Source of the DNA: an uncultured Ktedonobacterales bacterium
GTDB lineage: Bacteria > Chloroflexota > Ktedonobacteria > Ktedonobacterales > JADMIN01
NCBI GenBank assembly: GCA_964469715.1
Contig: CAYYCB010000001.1
Span: forward strand, 21,777-68,766
Direction: 5' to 3'
DNA length: 46,990 nucleotides
In this document: positions 1-8,687 of the stretch, piece by piece
Position numbering within the stretch: the first letter of the stretch is position 1
Layout of the letters: every line of letters starts with the position of its first letter
Notes under the pieces: model-generated
Databases searched by the model: none
What the model was told of the DNA's origin: nothing
The model's input: the letters and a program-made list of their open reading frames with translations, nothing else
Translations under genes and position numbers: made by a program

Positions 1-390
1 AAGCGTAGTTGGGATATAGGGCTTCATTGCGTGTGGTGATCGGGGGCGCACAGTGCGGATGGTCACATACCAACTTACCGCCAGCATTCGAACAAATCAT
101 GCCGACCATCTAACCGCCATTGATACGTAACCGCTGACACAGTATGTGGGGGCCTGATAACGTACTTCACCGGGAAGTCGTGTGGGTGCAAGGGCAGAGA
201 AGGCTGTCTGTGCCCTAACGTACACAAAACCAGCGCCCCAAACGCTCACGTGGCAGCCTCCGCCGCTTACGTCGGTGACGTTACGGCTAATCTGTTCATC
301 CACACGAGTTAACACCGGCACAATCCAGCATCCGCCCATACATGCGCGCTCGGTCCGCGCATCGAAATGCTTGGAGAAGGGGGAGACGGG

Positions 391-1158
391 ATGGGAGCGG
401 CTGATCCGTATATGCCAGAAGCGGTCGAAATCGACTCAGGATTCTTGGCAGAGCAAGCCAGAGAGGCGGAGCGCCGAGATCTCGCCCGAGAGCTGCATGA
501 TACAGTCGTGCAGCCAATTGCCGCACTCGTCACAAGTTTCGACTCATTGCAGCGGCAGACGCTGGCGCCAGGTCTGGTAGAAGCCTACTTGGGCGCATGG
601 AGAGAGCTGGCGCAAGAGGCGCTCGACTCACTGCGAGACGCGTTAGCGGGCCTGCGGCCCCACCCCCACGACACAATGGACCTTCCGGACGCCCTCGCAC
701 GCTTTGTCGCACCGCATTTGCGCGGTCGAGGCTTACGCTTGACGCTAGAGGCCACAGACTGGCCCGATGATCTCCCCATCCACTGGACTACAAATCTGTA
801 TCTGGCCATACGCGAAGCCCTCACAAATGTCGAGAAGCACGCCCACGCTACCGAAGTCACGCTGCTCTTGAAGACGGGAACCAAGCAATTGTGGGTCATT
901 GTTGCGGACAATGGGACAGGGTTTGACGTGAACAAGACTGCCACGACACCATCTCGCTATCGTGGAAGCGGGTTCGGACTGGATGGCATGCGTGAGCGTG
1001 TACGACAACTCGGAGGGGTGCTCACAATTGCTTCAACTCCCGGACACGGCGCCCAAATTCATATGCGAATACCTCGTCCAAGCGCACATCGCCAGGGGCA
1101 CGAGTTCGTCGGGTCGCGGCAGATGCTCGGGGGAACGGCACTGGATCAGATCCACTAG
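391..1158 (+). CDS. NarL-type sensor histidine kinase (HisKA_3 + HATPase_c), soluble, no recognisable sensor domain
   Basis: ORF 367..1158. ATG at 391 is preceded by GGGGGAG. H-box RDLARELHDTVVQPIAAL, N-box AIREALTNVEKHAHA, DNGTGF and GFGLDGMRERV. No hydrophobic segment precedes the H-box. Confidence 0.8.
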   Translation: MGAADPYMPEAVEIDSGFLAEQAREAERRDLARELHDTVVQPIAALVTSFDSLQRQTLAPGLVEAYLGAWRELAQEALDSLRDALAGLRPHPHDTMDLPDALARFVAPHLRGRGLRLTLEATDWPDDLPIHWTTNLYLAIREALTNVEKHAHATEVTLLLKTGTKQLWVIVADNGTGFDVNKTATTPSRYRGSGFGLDGMRERVRQLGGVLTIASTPGHGAQIHMRIPRPSAHRQGHEFVGSRQMLGGTALDQIH

Positions 1159-1222
1159 CGAGAGTCACCACGACGTGAACCTGATGGTCAGCACGTTCGC
1201 GAGGGGGAATGAGGGGAAGCCG

Positions 1223-1915
1223 ATGCAGGTCACACATGAAGAGACGATCCCGCAGGCTGACAGCATGAAGCCAGTCCGCGTCGTGGTGGTGGATGATCAG
1301 TTGCTGCTACGCGAAGGCATCGCCCGTATTCTCCAAAGTGACCCGCGAATCCAGGTTGCCGCACTTGGGGCCAACGGACAGGAAGCAATAGACCTTGTCG
1401 ACAGCATAGAACCGGATGTCGTGCTGATGGACATCCGCATGCCGGTGACCGACGGCATCCAGGCCACGCGTCAAATCAAAGCTCGACACCCCAATGTGCG
1501 CGTCATCATCCTAACCTCATTTGTGTACGATGGCTATATCGTCGAAGGCTTCATGGCAAACGCCGACGGATACTTGCTCAAGGACACGTCGTCCGAGGCG
1601 CTGACTTCGAGCGTCCTCACGGTGGCCACAGGTCAGCGAGTCATAGAGCCGAGCGTTGGACGCCATGTGGGCGAAATGCTCGGTAAACAGAGCGCAGAGC
1701 GTAAAAACGCCTATGATGGGTTGACCGAGCGGCAGCTACAGATGCTCGCCATGATCGGGCGGGGTCTCATCGCCAAGGAGATCGCGCACGAACTGCACAT
1801 CAGCGAAAAGACCGTTCGCAATCACGTAACCAAGATCTATCAGAAACTCAATATCTCCGATCGGTCGCAAGCAGTCTTGTACGCAATCCGCAAAGGGCTC
1901 GTCTCGCCCGAATAG
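1223..1915 (+). CDS. NarL/LuxR-family response regulator
   Basis: ORF 962..1915. Its 5' part overlaps the kinase 3' end in another frame, so the start is ATG 1223 or 1265. Receiver VRVVVVDDQ...PDVVLMDIRMP. C-terminal LuxR HTH LTERQLQMLAMIGRGLIAKEIAHELHISEKTVRNHVTKIYQKL. Confidence 0.85.
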   Translation: MQVTHEETIPQADSMKPVRVVVVDDQLLLREGIARILQSDPRIQVAALGANGQEAIDLVDSIEPDVVLMDIRMPVTDGIQATRQIKARHPNVRVIILTSFVYDGYIVEGFMANADGYLLKDTSSEALTSSVLTVATGQRVIEPSVGRHVGEMLGKQSAERKNAYDGLTERQLQMLAMIGRGLIAKEIAHELHISEKTVRNHVTKIYQKLNISDRSQAVLYAIRKGLVSPE

Positions 1916-1936
1916 CGCCGCCCTATTTCCTCCGAA

Positions 1937-1999
1937 ACAGATGTCGGATTCTTGAGTGCTGCAATCTCGGTGAGCAGGTCTCAAGAGTCCGACATCTGT
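1937..1999 (+). terminator. Long stem-loop 22 nt after the response-regulator stop (possible terminator or operon insulator)
   Basis: Left arm acagatgtcggattcttgag (1937..1956) pairs with right arm ctcaagagtccgacatctgt (1980..1999). That is 20 bp with one G-U position and a 23-nt loop. No U-tract follows, so it is not a classical intrinsic terminator. Confidence 0.4.
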
Positions 2000-2243
2000 C
2001 GTGTTCGTGGGTCTGAACTTTCCCAATTCGCCCTAGGCTGCCTCTTGATACCCACGGGCGCTGGAATCGCTCGCGACGGTAGGGTGTCTATGCAGCATGT
2101 CCCCATCCCTCCTTGACATAGGCGCCTTTGCCCATTTACGCACACCACACCCGAATCTACACTGCTGATAATCGTCGTCAGAAGCCTCGATGGAGACTCT
2201 GGCCCACCAGCTCGAGTATCCGCGCGAGAGGCAGGAGGAACAC

Positions 2244-3563
2244 ATGCTTGCTAGCTATCTTCATATGGTGCGGCGGCGGTGGTATGTGATTCCGGCCGTA
2301 TTGGCGGCAGCAATCCTCATCTTGGTTCTGGCGCTACACCTCTCGGTGACGGTGACCTCGCGGGTCGTCGTCCCATTTCCAGGGTCCTTGAACGACCAAA
2401 ATTTTCAGGGGGTAGCCTCCAGTGATGCGGTGGCCAAGGCCGTCATACACGACCTGAAGCTCCATCATGTGTCACCAGAATCGTTGCTCAACCAGGTGTC
2501 AGTCAGTCAGGAATATGGCACTAACATCTATGACATCACCGTGCGCGATGCGAGCAAAGCGCGGGCGACGGCCGTCTGCGATACCTGGGTGAAGGAGACC
2601 ATAACGCTCTACACTCGCCTCAACACGGCCCCGGCAACCCAGGCCGTGCTGGCGGCACAGCAACAACTCGGAGATACCACAAAGGAGATCGCAGATCTGC
2701 AAGGGCGCATTACCGCGTTCGAATACGCCCATCCCGAGTTGGTGAACACGCAGATTTCCAGCAGCTCGTCCAACTCGACGCACAACTCAGGCAGTTCATC
2801 AGGCTCCGTCACCTCCACCACGAACGGATCCACCTCCACATCAACGTCCACGACCTCCTCGGGGACGCCCGCAACTGGGGGCACCTCGTCGAATCAACAG
2901 GGCGGCGGCTCTTCTTCCGCAACGACGAACAATCGTAGCGGCTCCTCCTCCACAAGTGACGCCAGCTCTCGTGCCACTTCCGTAACGACAACGAACAACA
3001 CTCCCGGTTCAGTCGGTGATGCACAAACCCTCGCCGACCTCAAGGTCCAGTTGGCCGATGCCCAAGCAATCTATAATCAACTGGTCTCTGAGGCCACGAA
3101 TGTGCAGGCCTCGAACCTGGGAAGCTTGCAGAAGGCCTATGCGCAGGTGCTCGACCCCGCATCCGTGCCGCCTGTCAACGTACCGCTTCTTGCCGCATTT
3201 ACGGTCCTCTTAAGCTTACTCGTAGGCGGCGGCTTGATCCTGGCGCTCGAATATGCCGACCACTCGATCCGCGGTCGCGGCACCCTTGACGACACGTTTG
3301 GACCGGCACAGGTGCTCGTAGTGTCAAGCAGGCCTAGCCGGCGCGAGCGCCGCCATGTAGCAGCTTCAGCTTGGGCGCTCCCCGCGCCTGGAGAAATGCA
3401 GCGGCCAGGGCAGTGGGCAACGCTGCTCTCCGTCGCGGCACTCACCGCAGGGGCAACGGCGATGCAGTCGAATGGACACGTCGCCGCGGGCATGCCAGCA
3501 CGACGCGACCAAGACCTGCACAACGGCGCTCTGGGGAGCGCCACGCCAGAAGATCAACACTAA
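2244..3563 (+). CDS. Wzz-like polysaccharide chain-length determinant (transmembrane half of a split polysaccharide co-polymerase (PCP))
   Basis: ORF 2190..3563. ATG 2244 follows AGGAGG (2232..2237). N-terminal RRRWYVIPAVLAAAILILVLAL TM. Second TM PLLAAFTVLLSLLVGGGLILALEYADHSIRG near the C-terminus, as in the Wzz/CapA topology. Ser/Thr-rich insert between them. Confidence 0.75.
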   Translation: MLASYLHMVRRRWYVIPAVLAAAILILVLALHLSVTVTSRVVVPFPGSLNDQNFQGVASSDAVAKAVIHDLKLHHVSPESLLNQVSVSQEYGTNIYDITVRDASKARATAVCDTWVKETITLYTRLNTAPATQAVLAAQQQLGDTTKEIADLQGRITAFEYAHPELVNTQISSSSSNSTHNSGSSSGSVTSTTNGSTSTSTSTTSSGTPATGGTSSNQQGGGSSSATTNNRSGSSSTSDASSRATSVTTTNNTPGSVGDAQTLADLKVQLADAQAIYNQLVSEATNVQASNLGSLQKAYAQVLDPASVPPVNVPLLAAFTVLLSLLVGGGLILALEYADHSIRGRGTLDDTFGPAQVLVVSSRPSRRERRHVAASAWALPAPGEMQRPGQWATLLSVAALTAGATAMQSNGHVAAGMPARRDQDLHNGALGSATPEDQH

Positions 3564-3645
3564 GTTGTCAAAGAACCATAGCTAGTAGCTCCATACCTTC
3601 ACGCAACACAGTTCGCTCGCTCCAATTCATCGGGGAGCCGTCACA

Positions 3646-4695
3646 ATGGCTCGCGCATCGCGCGGGCAGTCATCCCTGCCGCCAGGGGTTAGTCGAGGAT
3701 CGTGCCATATGCCCACAGAGAGAGACTCGGCCGCGGGTACGGCGCCTCTGGATCGCTTTGATCATGCCCGCACAACTCTCGCGACATCAGAGGCTGAGGC
3801 GCTGAGCACCCAGGTAAAGGCACACGGGCCGGCACCCGACTTGAATGGCATCCCAGTAGCAAGCTCCGACGGGGAGGCAGCCGCCTCGCCTACGCCTCCC
3901 TCCACGGATGCGTATGCGCTCATCCAGACGTCGACACCTGACCGCGGTGAGGTCGCTGCCAGCGAGGAGACGCAAACGACGGTTCCCGCGACGAGCGACG
4001 CCGCAAAGCGCCGCGGCATCAGTAGGATCCGTAGCGTGCTGACAGCGCCGCTGGCTCGCCGCGACCCGCGCTCATATCTGCTGTCTCCGGCGACGCTGCT
4101 GACGCAGAGAGCCGAGGACTTTCGCCAGGTTCGGGCGCGGATGAAGCAAAGCCTCGGCGACCATGGAACGGTCGTTGTCGTGAGTGCTCGTCACGGAGAG
4201 GGACGCACGATCACGGCGCTCAACCTCGGCATCGCCTTCGCGCAGCAATACGAGCGGGTCGTCTACGTCGAGTCAGATCTCCGTCGACCCGCACTGCACA
4301 CTTTCTTTGATTTCGAGCAAGGGCGAGGGTTATCCCCGCTCCTGCAGAAGGACGGTCCATCTAGTTCGAGCCTGGACGCGGCATTGTTCAGGACGGACGT
4401 GCCAGGTTTCTATCTACTACCGGCTGGAGCACGCTCTGGACCGCCAGAGATCCTGGACTCACCGCGCATGACGCACCTCGCGAAGCAGCTCGCTCTCCAG
4501 GCCGATTGGATAATCCTCGACGCGCCTCCCCTGCTTACCTATGCGGAAACACAGACACTGCTCGGCCTTGCGGACGGCGTCGTTGTCGTCGCCTTGGAAG
4601 GTCATACCCTCCAGCATGACGTGCAAGAGGTTTCGCTGCGTCTCACCACCGCGGGAGCTAACGTCGTCGGTGTGACGTACCTAAAGCACGGCTAG
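3646..4695 (+). CDS. BY-kinase/CapB-like P-loop ATPase with a non-canonical Walker A
   Basis: ATG 3646 after GGGGAG. Motif order is that of the CpsD/CapB family: RAEDFRQVRARM, Walker A VVVSARHGEGRT, A' VVYVESDLRRP, Walker B DWIILDAPP. The N-terminal ~130 aa are low-complexity. There is no C-terminal Tyr cluster. Confidence 0.75.
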   Translation: MARASRGQSSLPPGVSRGSCHMPTERDSAAGTAPLDRFDHARTTLATSEAEALSTQVKAHGPAPDLNGIPVASSDGEAAASPTPPSTDAYALIQTSTPDRGEVAASEETQTTVPATSDAAKRRGISRIRSVLTAPLARRDPRSYLLSPATLLTQRAEDFRQVRARMKQSLGDHGTVVVVSARHGEGRTITALNLGIAFAQQYERVVYVESDLRRPALHTFFDFEQGRGLSPLLQKDGPSSSSLDAALFRTDVPGFYLLPAGARSGPPEILDSPRMTHLAKQLALQADWIILDAPPLLTYAETQTLLGLADGVVVVALEGHTLQHDVQEVSLRLTTAGANVVGVTYLKHG

Positions 4696-4749
4696 TGGCC
4701 ATCCGAAGATCAGCTTGGATACGTTCAGGGTCATCGCACGGAGGTCTCC

Positions 4750-5817
4750 ATGCTGATTGCGCGCGCACCCGTTCGTATCAGTCTGGCTGGGGGTGGCACC
4801 GACCTCGCCTCGTACTATGAGCGCTATGGTGGCTTCATCATCAGCGCTGCCATAGCCAAGTACTTCTACGCCTTCGTCGAGGTGACCCGCCGGCCGGAGT
4901 TACAGATCTCGTCCTCGGATTACCACGCCTACTTTCGTCTTCCGGCAGGTCACCCGCTTGAGTGGGAAGGGGACCTGCGGTTGCCCCGCGCAATTCTCCA
5001 TCATTTCGGCATAACAGACGGCGTGGAGATCTTCCTCGCATCCGAGATTCCTCCCGGGACCGGACTCGGGTCTTCGAGCACGGTCGCTGTGACGATTGTC
5101 AAGGCGCTCACGACCTTGCTTGGACGTTCCCTCACTCACTATGAGCTGGCTGAGGAGGCGTGTGCCATCGAAATCGGCAAATTGGGCATGCCAATCGGAA
5201 AGCAAGATCAATATGCCGCGGCCTTCGGGGGACTCAACGCCATCACGTTCACGAAGGAGCGGGCCATCGTCGAGCCGCTCACCGTGACGCCGCACGTACG
5301 TGAACGCTTGATGCGCAGCCTCATGCTGTTCTTCACGGGCGCGTCGCACAACTCCGCCACAATTCTTGCCCAACAGCAGCGATCAAGCCAGCAGGATCAT
5401 GGGGTCGTGTTGGATTCTCTGCATGGCATCAAGCAGCTTGCAATTCGGGCGAGAGCGGCCATCGAGGGAGGCACGCCAGATTATTTGGGGGAGCTGCTTC
5501 ATGAGAATTGGGAGCGAAAGAAGCGGCTCGCGTCGGGCATCTCCAACGCATTCATTGACGAGATGTACAGCCTTGCCCGTGTCAACGGAGCTACCGGCGG
5601 CAAAATCACGGGCGCGGGCGGCGGTGGCTTTTTGATGTTGTATTGCCCCGAGGAACGCCAGGATGCCGTGACGAGCGCCCTGGAGGCGCGGGGCCTCGTA
5701 CGCATGGACTTCCATCTAGACAACGGTGGCGCTCGCGTGTTGGTGAACACAGGCCTTCCGCTGGATCGCGCCACAGTTCTTTCGGGTTCATCGGAGCGCG
5801 CCGCCGTCGCGCCGTAA
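4750..5817 (+). CDS. hddA: GHMP-family sugar kinase, most like D-glycero-alpha-D-manno-heptose 7-phosphate kinase
   Basis: RBS GGAGGT upstream. N-terminus MLIARAPVRISLAGGGTDLASYYERYGGFIISAAI. GHMP motif 2 PPGTGLGSSS. KITGAGGGGF near the C-terminus. Sits near SIS (GmhA-like) and HAD (GmhB-like) genes. Confidence 0.75.
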   Translation: MLIARAPVRISLAGGGTDLASYYERYGGFIISAAIAKYFYAFVEVTRRPELQISSSDYHAYFRLPAGHPLEWEGDLRLPRAILHHFGITDGVEIFLASEIPPGTGLGSSSTVAVTIVKALTTLLGRSLTHYELAEEACAIEIGKLGMPIGKQDQYAAAFGGLNAITFTKERAIVEPLTVTPHVRERLMRSLMLFFTGASHNSATILAQQQRSSQQDHGVVLDSLHGIKQLAIRARAAIEGGTPDYLGELLHENWERKKRLASGISNAFIDEMYSLARVNGATGGKITGAGGGGFLMLYCPEERQDAVTSALEARGLVRMDFHLDNGGARVLVNTGLPLDRATVLSGSSERAAVAP

Positions 5818-5841
5818 GCGGCTTGCCGAGGAGATACGCTC

Positions 5842-7251
5842 ATGCATCAGGCAAGGAATTGGCTGGCACTTCGGCTCGCCCTTTTCTGTGCCGATGCCTG
5901 CGCAATGACGGTCGCTTTCGTCTTAGCATTTCTGATTGCGCCGGCCACCCACGGGGGCTCTGGCGGCCCGCATGACCTCATCCGAGCGTCACTGCATATC
6001 GCCGTTTATGTGGCTGGCTGGCTGCTCCTGTTGACCATCTATCGCTTGTACGAACCCGAATACCTGCTGGACGGATTCCAGCAGTACGCGCGCGTTGCCC
6101 AGGCTTCAACGGCAGGTCTGCTGTTTCTGGTGGGCGCCATCTCACTGTTAGACGGCGATACGCTCATACCGCGCTCCTGGCTGATCCTATCATGGGCATT
6201 CTCTGTCATCACGCTCGGTCTCGTACGATTCTTGCTCCGCAGAATCGTGTGGCGCCAGCGCCGGCAAGGCCGCTTTCGCTCGCGTGTATTGATACTCGGG
6301 GCTGGCGAGGACGGCCTGGCTATCGCGCATCAGATTGAGGGCTATGCGCCGGGAGCGGCCGAGGTGGTCGGCTATCTGGACGAATATAGCGCGGTGGGAA
6401 CGCGGCTTGGCGACAGTGAAGTCCTGGGCGAGCCGCTCTCGCTCGCGCGGGTGGCCAAGCAGACGCATGCAACGGACGCCATCATACTACCCCAGGCGAT
6501 TAGTTGGGAGTCGCTCCAGGCGCTCCTGCAGACTGACACCGAATCCTGGGGCATTCAAAGACTCTGGCTCGCACCCGCATTTCGCGATCTGCTCACCACC
6601 GGAATGTCCGTCCATCAACGTGGCTCGCTTCCTCTCCTTTCGGTACAGAACACACGCATCGGCGGCCTGGAAGGCGTGCTGAAGCGTGGGCTCGATCTGC
6701 TTCTGGTATTGGTGGCTCTGCCCATCGTCCTGCCACTCAGCATTGCCGTGACGGCGTGGCTGGCATGGTGGCGGCATACTGCTCCCATTACGCGGACGCT
6801 GATTGTCGGACACGACCGCCGACGATTTACCCTGTATGCCTTCCCGCCGCTACCCGAGCTGCGCCGGCTACACCTATGGCGCTTACCTGCGCTCGTGAAC
6901 GTCTTGAAGGGGGACATGAGCCTCGTAGGGCCACGCCCGGTTGATGCTTCGCTCGCACTTGAATATAGACGATGGCAAATCATGCTCGCCTCAGTGCATC
7001 CGGGCCTGACCGGGCCGTGGTGGCTACTGAGCGGCAGCCAGCATCTCTCAATTCCGACTGAGGTAGCCGTTGATCTGGCCTACATCCGCAATTACACCAT
7101 CTGGTCAGATCTCCGCTTTATCGCTCTCACGGCTCGCAAACTCTGCAAGCGCTTGCCTTTGGAAGATGCCGGACCCGATAGCGGCCCGCTCGACGAACTC
7201 GATACCGTAGCGCCTGACAATGTGGTGGCCACCGTGGGAGGAAACGCATGA
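5842..7251 (+). CDS. WbaP-like large polyprenyl-phosphate phosphoglycosyl transferase homolog with a degenerate catalytic domain
   Basis: RBS GAGGAG. Several N-terminal TM helices. Rossmann-like VLILGAGEDGLAIAHQI. C-terminal Bac_transf-like LKRGLDLLLVLVALP...LVNVLKGDMSLVGPRP...HPGLTGPWW. The KFRTM and DELPQL motifs are replaced (LYAFP, WRLPAL). Confidence 0.8.
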   Translation: MHQARNWLALRLALFCADACAMTVAFVLAFLIAPATHGGSGGPHDLIRASLHIAVYVAGWLLLLTIYRLYEPEYLLDGFQQYARVAQASTAGLLFLVGAISLLDGDTLIPRSWLILSWAFSVITLGLVRFLLRRIVWRQRRQGRFRSRVLILGAGEDGLAIAHQIEGYAPGAAEVVGYLDEYSAVGTRLGDSEVLGEPLSLARVAKQTHATDAIILPQAISWESLQALLQTDTESWGIQRLWLAPAFRDLLTTGMSVHQRGSLPLLSVQNTRIGGLEGVLKRGLDLLLVLVALPIVLPLSIAVTAWLAWWRHTAPITRTLIVGHDRRRFTLYAFPPLPELRRLHLWRLPALVNVLKGDMSLVGPRPVDASLALEYRRWQIMLASVHPGLTGPWWLLSGSQHLSIPTEVAVDLAYIRNYTIWSDLRFIALTARKLCKRLPLEDAGPDSGPLDELDTVAPDNVVATVGGNA

Positions 7252-7913
7252 TCCGAAAGACAGTGGTGCAGCCGGCGATCCCGGCTGCGACTGGGGAATC
7301 GCTCTCAGACGTCATACGGTATCTGGACAATCTGAGCATGGTCATCGCCGCTCTGCCACGCGATCCTGTCGCACGCATCGCCGAGGCCCTTCTGGGAGCC
7401 CAGCGCGATGGGCGTACTGTATTCATCTTGGGCAATGGCGGCAGCGCCGCCACGGCGAGCCACCTCGCCTGCGATCTTGCCAAGACGGCGAGCATGCCAG
7501 GCCAGCCGCGTCTGCGAGCGCTGGCTTTCACAGACAACGTGCCGCTGCTTACGGCTTGGGGCAACGACGCCTCGTATGATGTCGTATTCGCGGAACAGGT
7601 GAAGACGTTCGTCCGCGCGCATGACATCGTGATCGCCATCAGTGCGAGCGGCAACTCGCCAAACGTTTTAGCCGCAGCCAGGGCAGCGCGCGACCTCAAC
7701 GCGCGCGTTGTCGGTATCACTGGTTTCGGCGGAGGGCAGTTGCAGGCGCTCTGCGACATCTGCCTCGTCGTTCCGAGCCACGAATACGGCCCCGTCGAGG
7801 ATGTACACATGATCTTGGTCCATGCGGTGACGGCTGCCATCCGCGCAGAGCTCGGCGCGCATGCCGTCGTGCCGCTTACCGCTGCGGCAGAGGCGACAGT
7901 ACCGATTCACTGA
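7248..7913 (+). CDS. gmhA: SIS-domain phosphoheptose (sedoheptulose-7-phosphate) isomerase
   Basis: Start ATG 7248 overlaps the upstream stop (ATGA). FILGNGGSAATASHLACDL, ISASGNSPNV and VVGITGFGGG are typical of the GmhA/SIS family. Confidence 0.8.
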   Translation: MIRKTVVQPAIPAATGESLSDVIRYLDNLSMVIAALPRDPVARIAEALLGAQRDGRTVFILGNGGSAATASHLACDLAKTASMPGQPRLRALAFTDNVPLLTAWGNDASYDVVFAEQVKTFVRAHDIVIAISASGNSPNVLAAARAARDLNARVVGITGFGGGQLQALCDICLVVPSHEYGPVEDVHMILVHAVTAAIRAELGAHAVVPLTAAAEATVPIH

Positions 7914-7945
7914 GGCTTGCGTGCAGCACCCAGGCGAAAACAGCC

Positions 7946-8587
7946 ATGGCGACGATTTTTCTAGATCGCGACGGCGTGATCAATCGCAACCGGCACGATT
8001 ACGTCACATCCTGGGAGGAATTCGAATTCCTCCCAGGAGCCCGCCACGCTATCGCGGCTCTGACCCGCGCCGGACATCGGATATTTGTCGTCACGAATCA
8101 GGCATGCGTCGGCAAAGGGATGGCGTCCGCGACGACAGTACGGACGATCCATAACTACATGATCCGCGAGATCGGACTGGCGGGAGGTCGTATCGAAGCG
8201 ATCCTCTGGTGTCCACACCGAGCGGATGAGGGCTGCACATGCCGAAAGCCCGCCCCTGGCCTACTCCTTCGAGCTCACGACGAATACGGTGCGGCGCTCG
8301 GTCAAGCGATCATGGTCGGCGATACACCGAACGACCTGCGTGCGGCAGCGGCGATTGGCGTCCCCGCCATTCTAGTCTTATCCGGACTTGGCTGGCGAAC
8401 AGCCATCGCCGCCGTGAAAGAGCCGCTGCCACCCTGCAGTTTTGCGATCAATCTGGCACACGCTGCCCATCTCATCCTTCGCTCCTCTGTCACGCTCGAA
8501 CGACGTGCGAATTGGCTGCATGGTGTCGTAGACGGCGCACGCGCTATCGACCGGCGCATCGCTCCGTGGTCACTCTCAGCCCACTAG
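7946..8587 (+). CDS. gmhB: HAD-IIIA D,D-heptose 1,7-bisphosphate phosphatase
   Basis: IFLDRDGVIN (nucleophile DxD), VVTNQACVGKG, Zn-finger-like CPHRADEGCTCRKPAPGLL, MVGDTPNDL. Confidence 0.8.
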   Translation: MATIFLDRDGVINRNRHDYVTSWEEFEFLPGARHAIAALTRAGHRIFVVTNQACVGKGMASATTVRTIHNYMIREIGLAGGRIEAILWCPHRADEGCTCRKPAPGLLLRAHDEYGAALGQAIMVGDTPNDLRAAAAIGVPAILVLSGLGWRTAIAAVKEPLPPCSFAINLAHAAHLILRSSVTLERRANWLHGVVDGARAIDRRIAPWSLSAH

Positions 8588-8687
8588 GAAACAGAAGGGC
8601 TTGCGGCGGCTTGGCATGTAATTGAACCCGCGGCAGCGCGCCGCCCATTGCGGGGCGCATGGCGGTCGAAGAAGAAGTGAGGCATGT

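Noticed and set aside
1-366. Lower-GC leader region with ORFs 97..339 (-) and 182..580 (+), and a possible - strand gene start at position 27
   Set aside because: The listed ORFs have no motifs or RBS. The possible outward-facing start gives only 9 codons before the window edge. I treat the region as non-coding upstream sequence of the kinase operon.
962-1222. 5' extension of the response-regulator ORF
   Set aside because: It overlaps the kinase C-terminal HATPase domain in another frame. The receiver domain starts after ATG 1223/1265.
2757-3011. Possible tandem DNA repeat / contingency locus in the Ser/Thr-rich region
   Set aside because: Read at nucleotide level, the codons vary (agc/tcg/tcc/tca/acc/acg...) with no exact repeating unit. 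It is protein-level low complexity rather than a simple-sequence repeat.
7127-7840. 237-aa ORF on the - strand
   Set aside because: It is antisense to gmhA (clear SIS motifs) and has an Ala/Arg/Ser-rich shadow composition.
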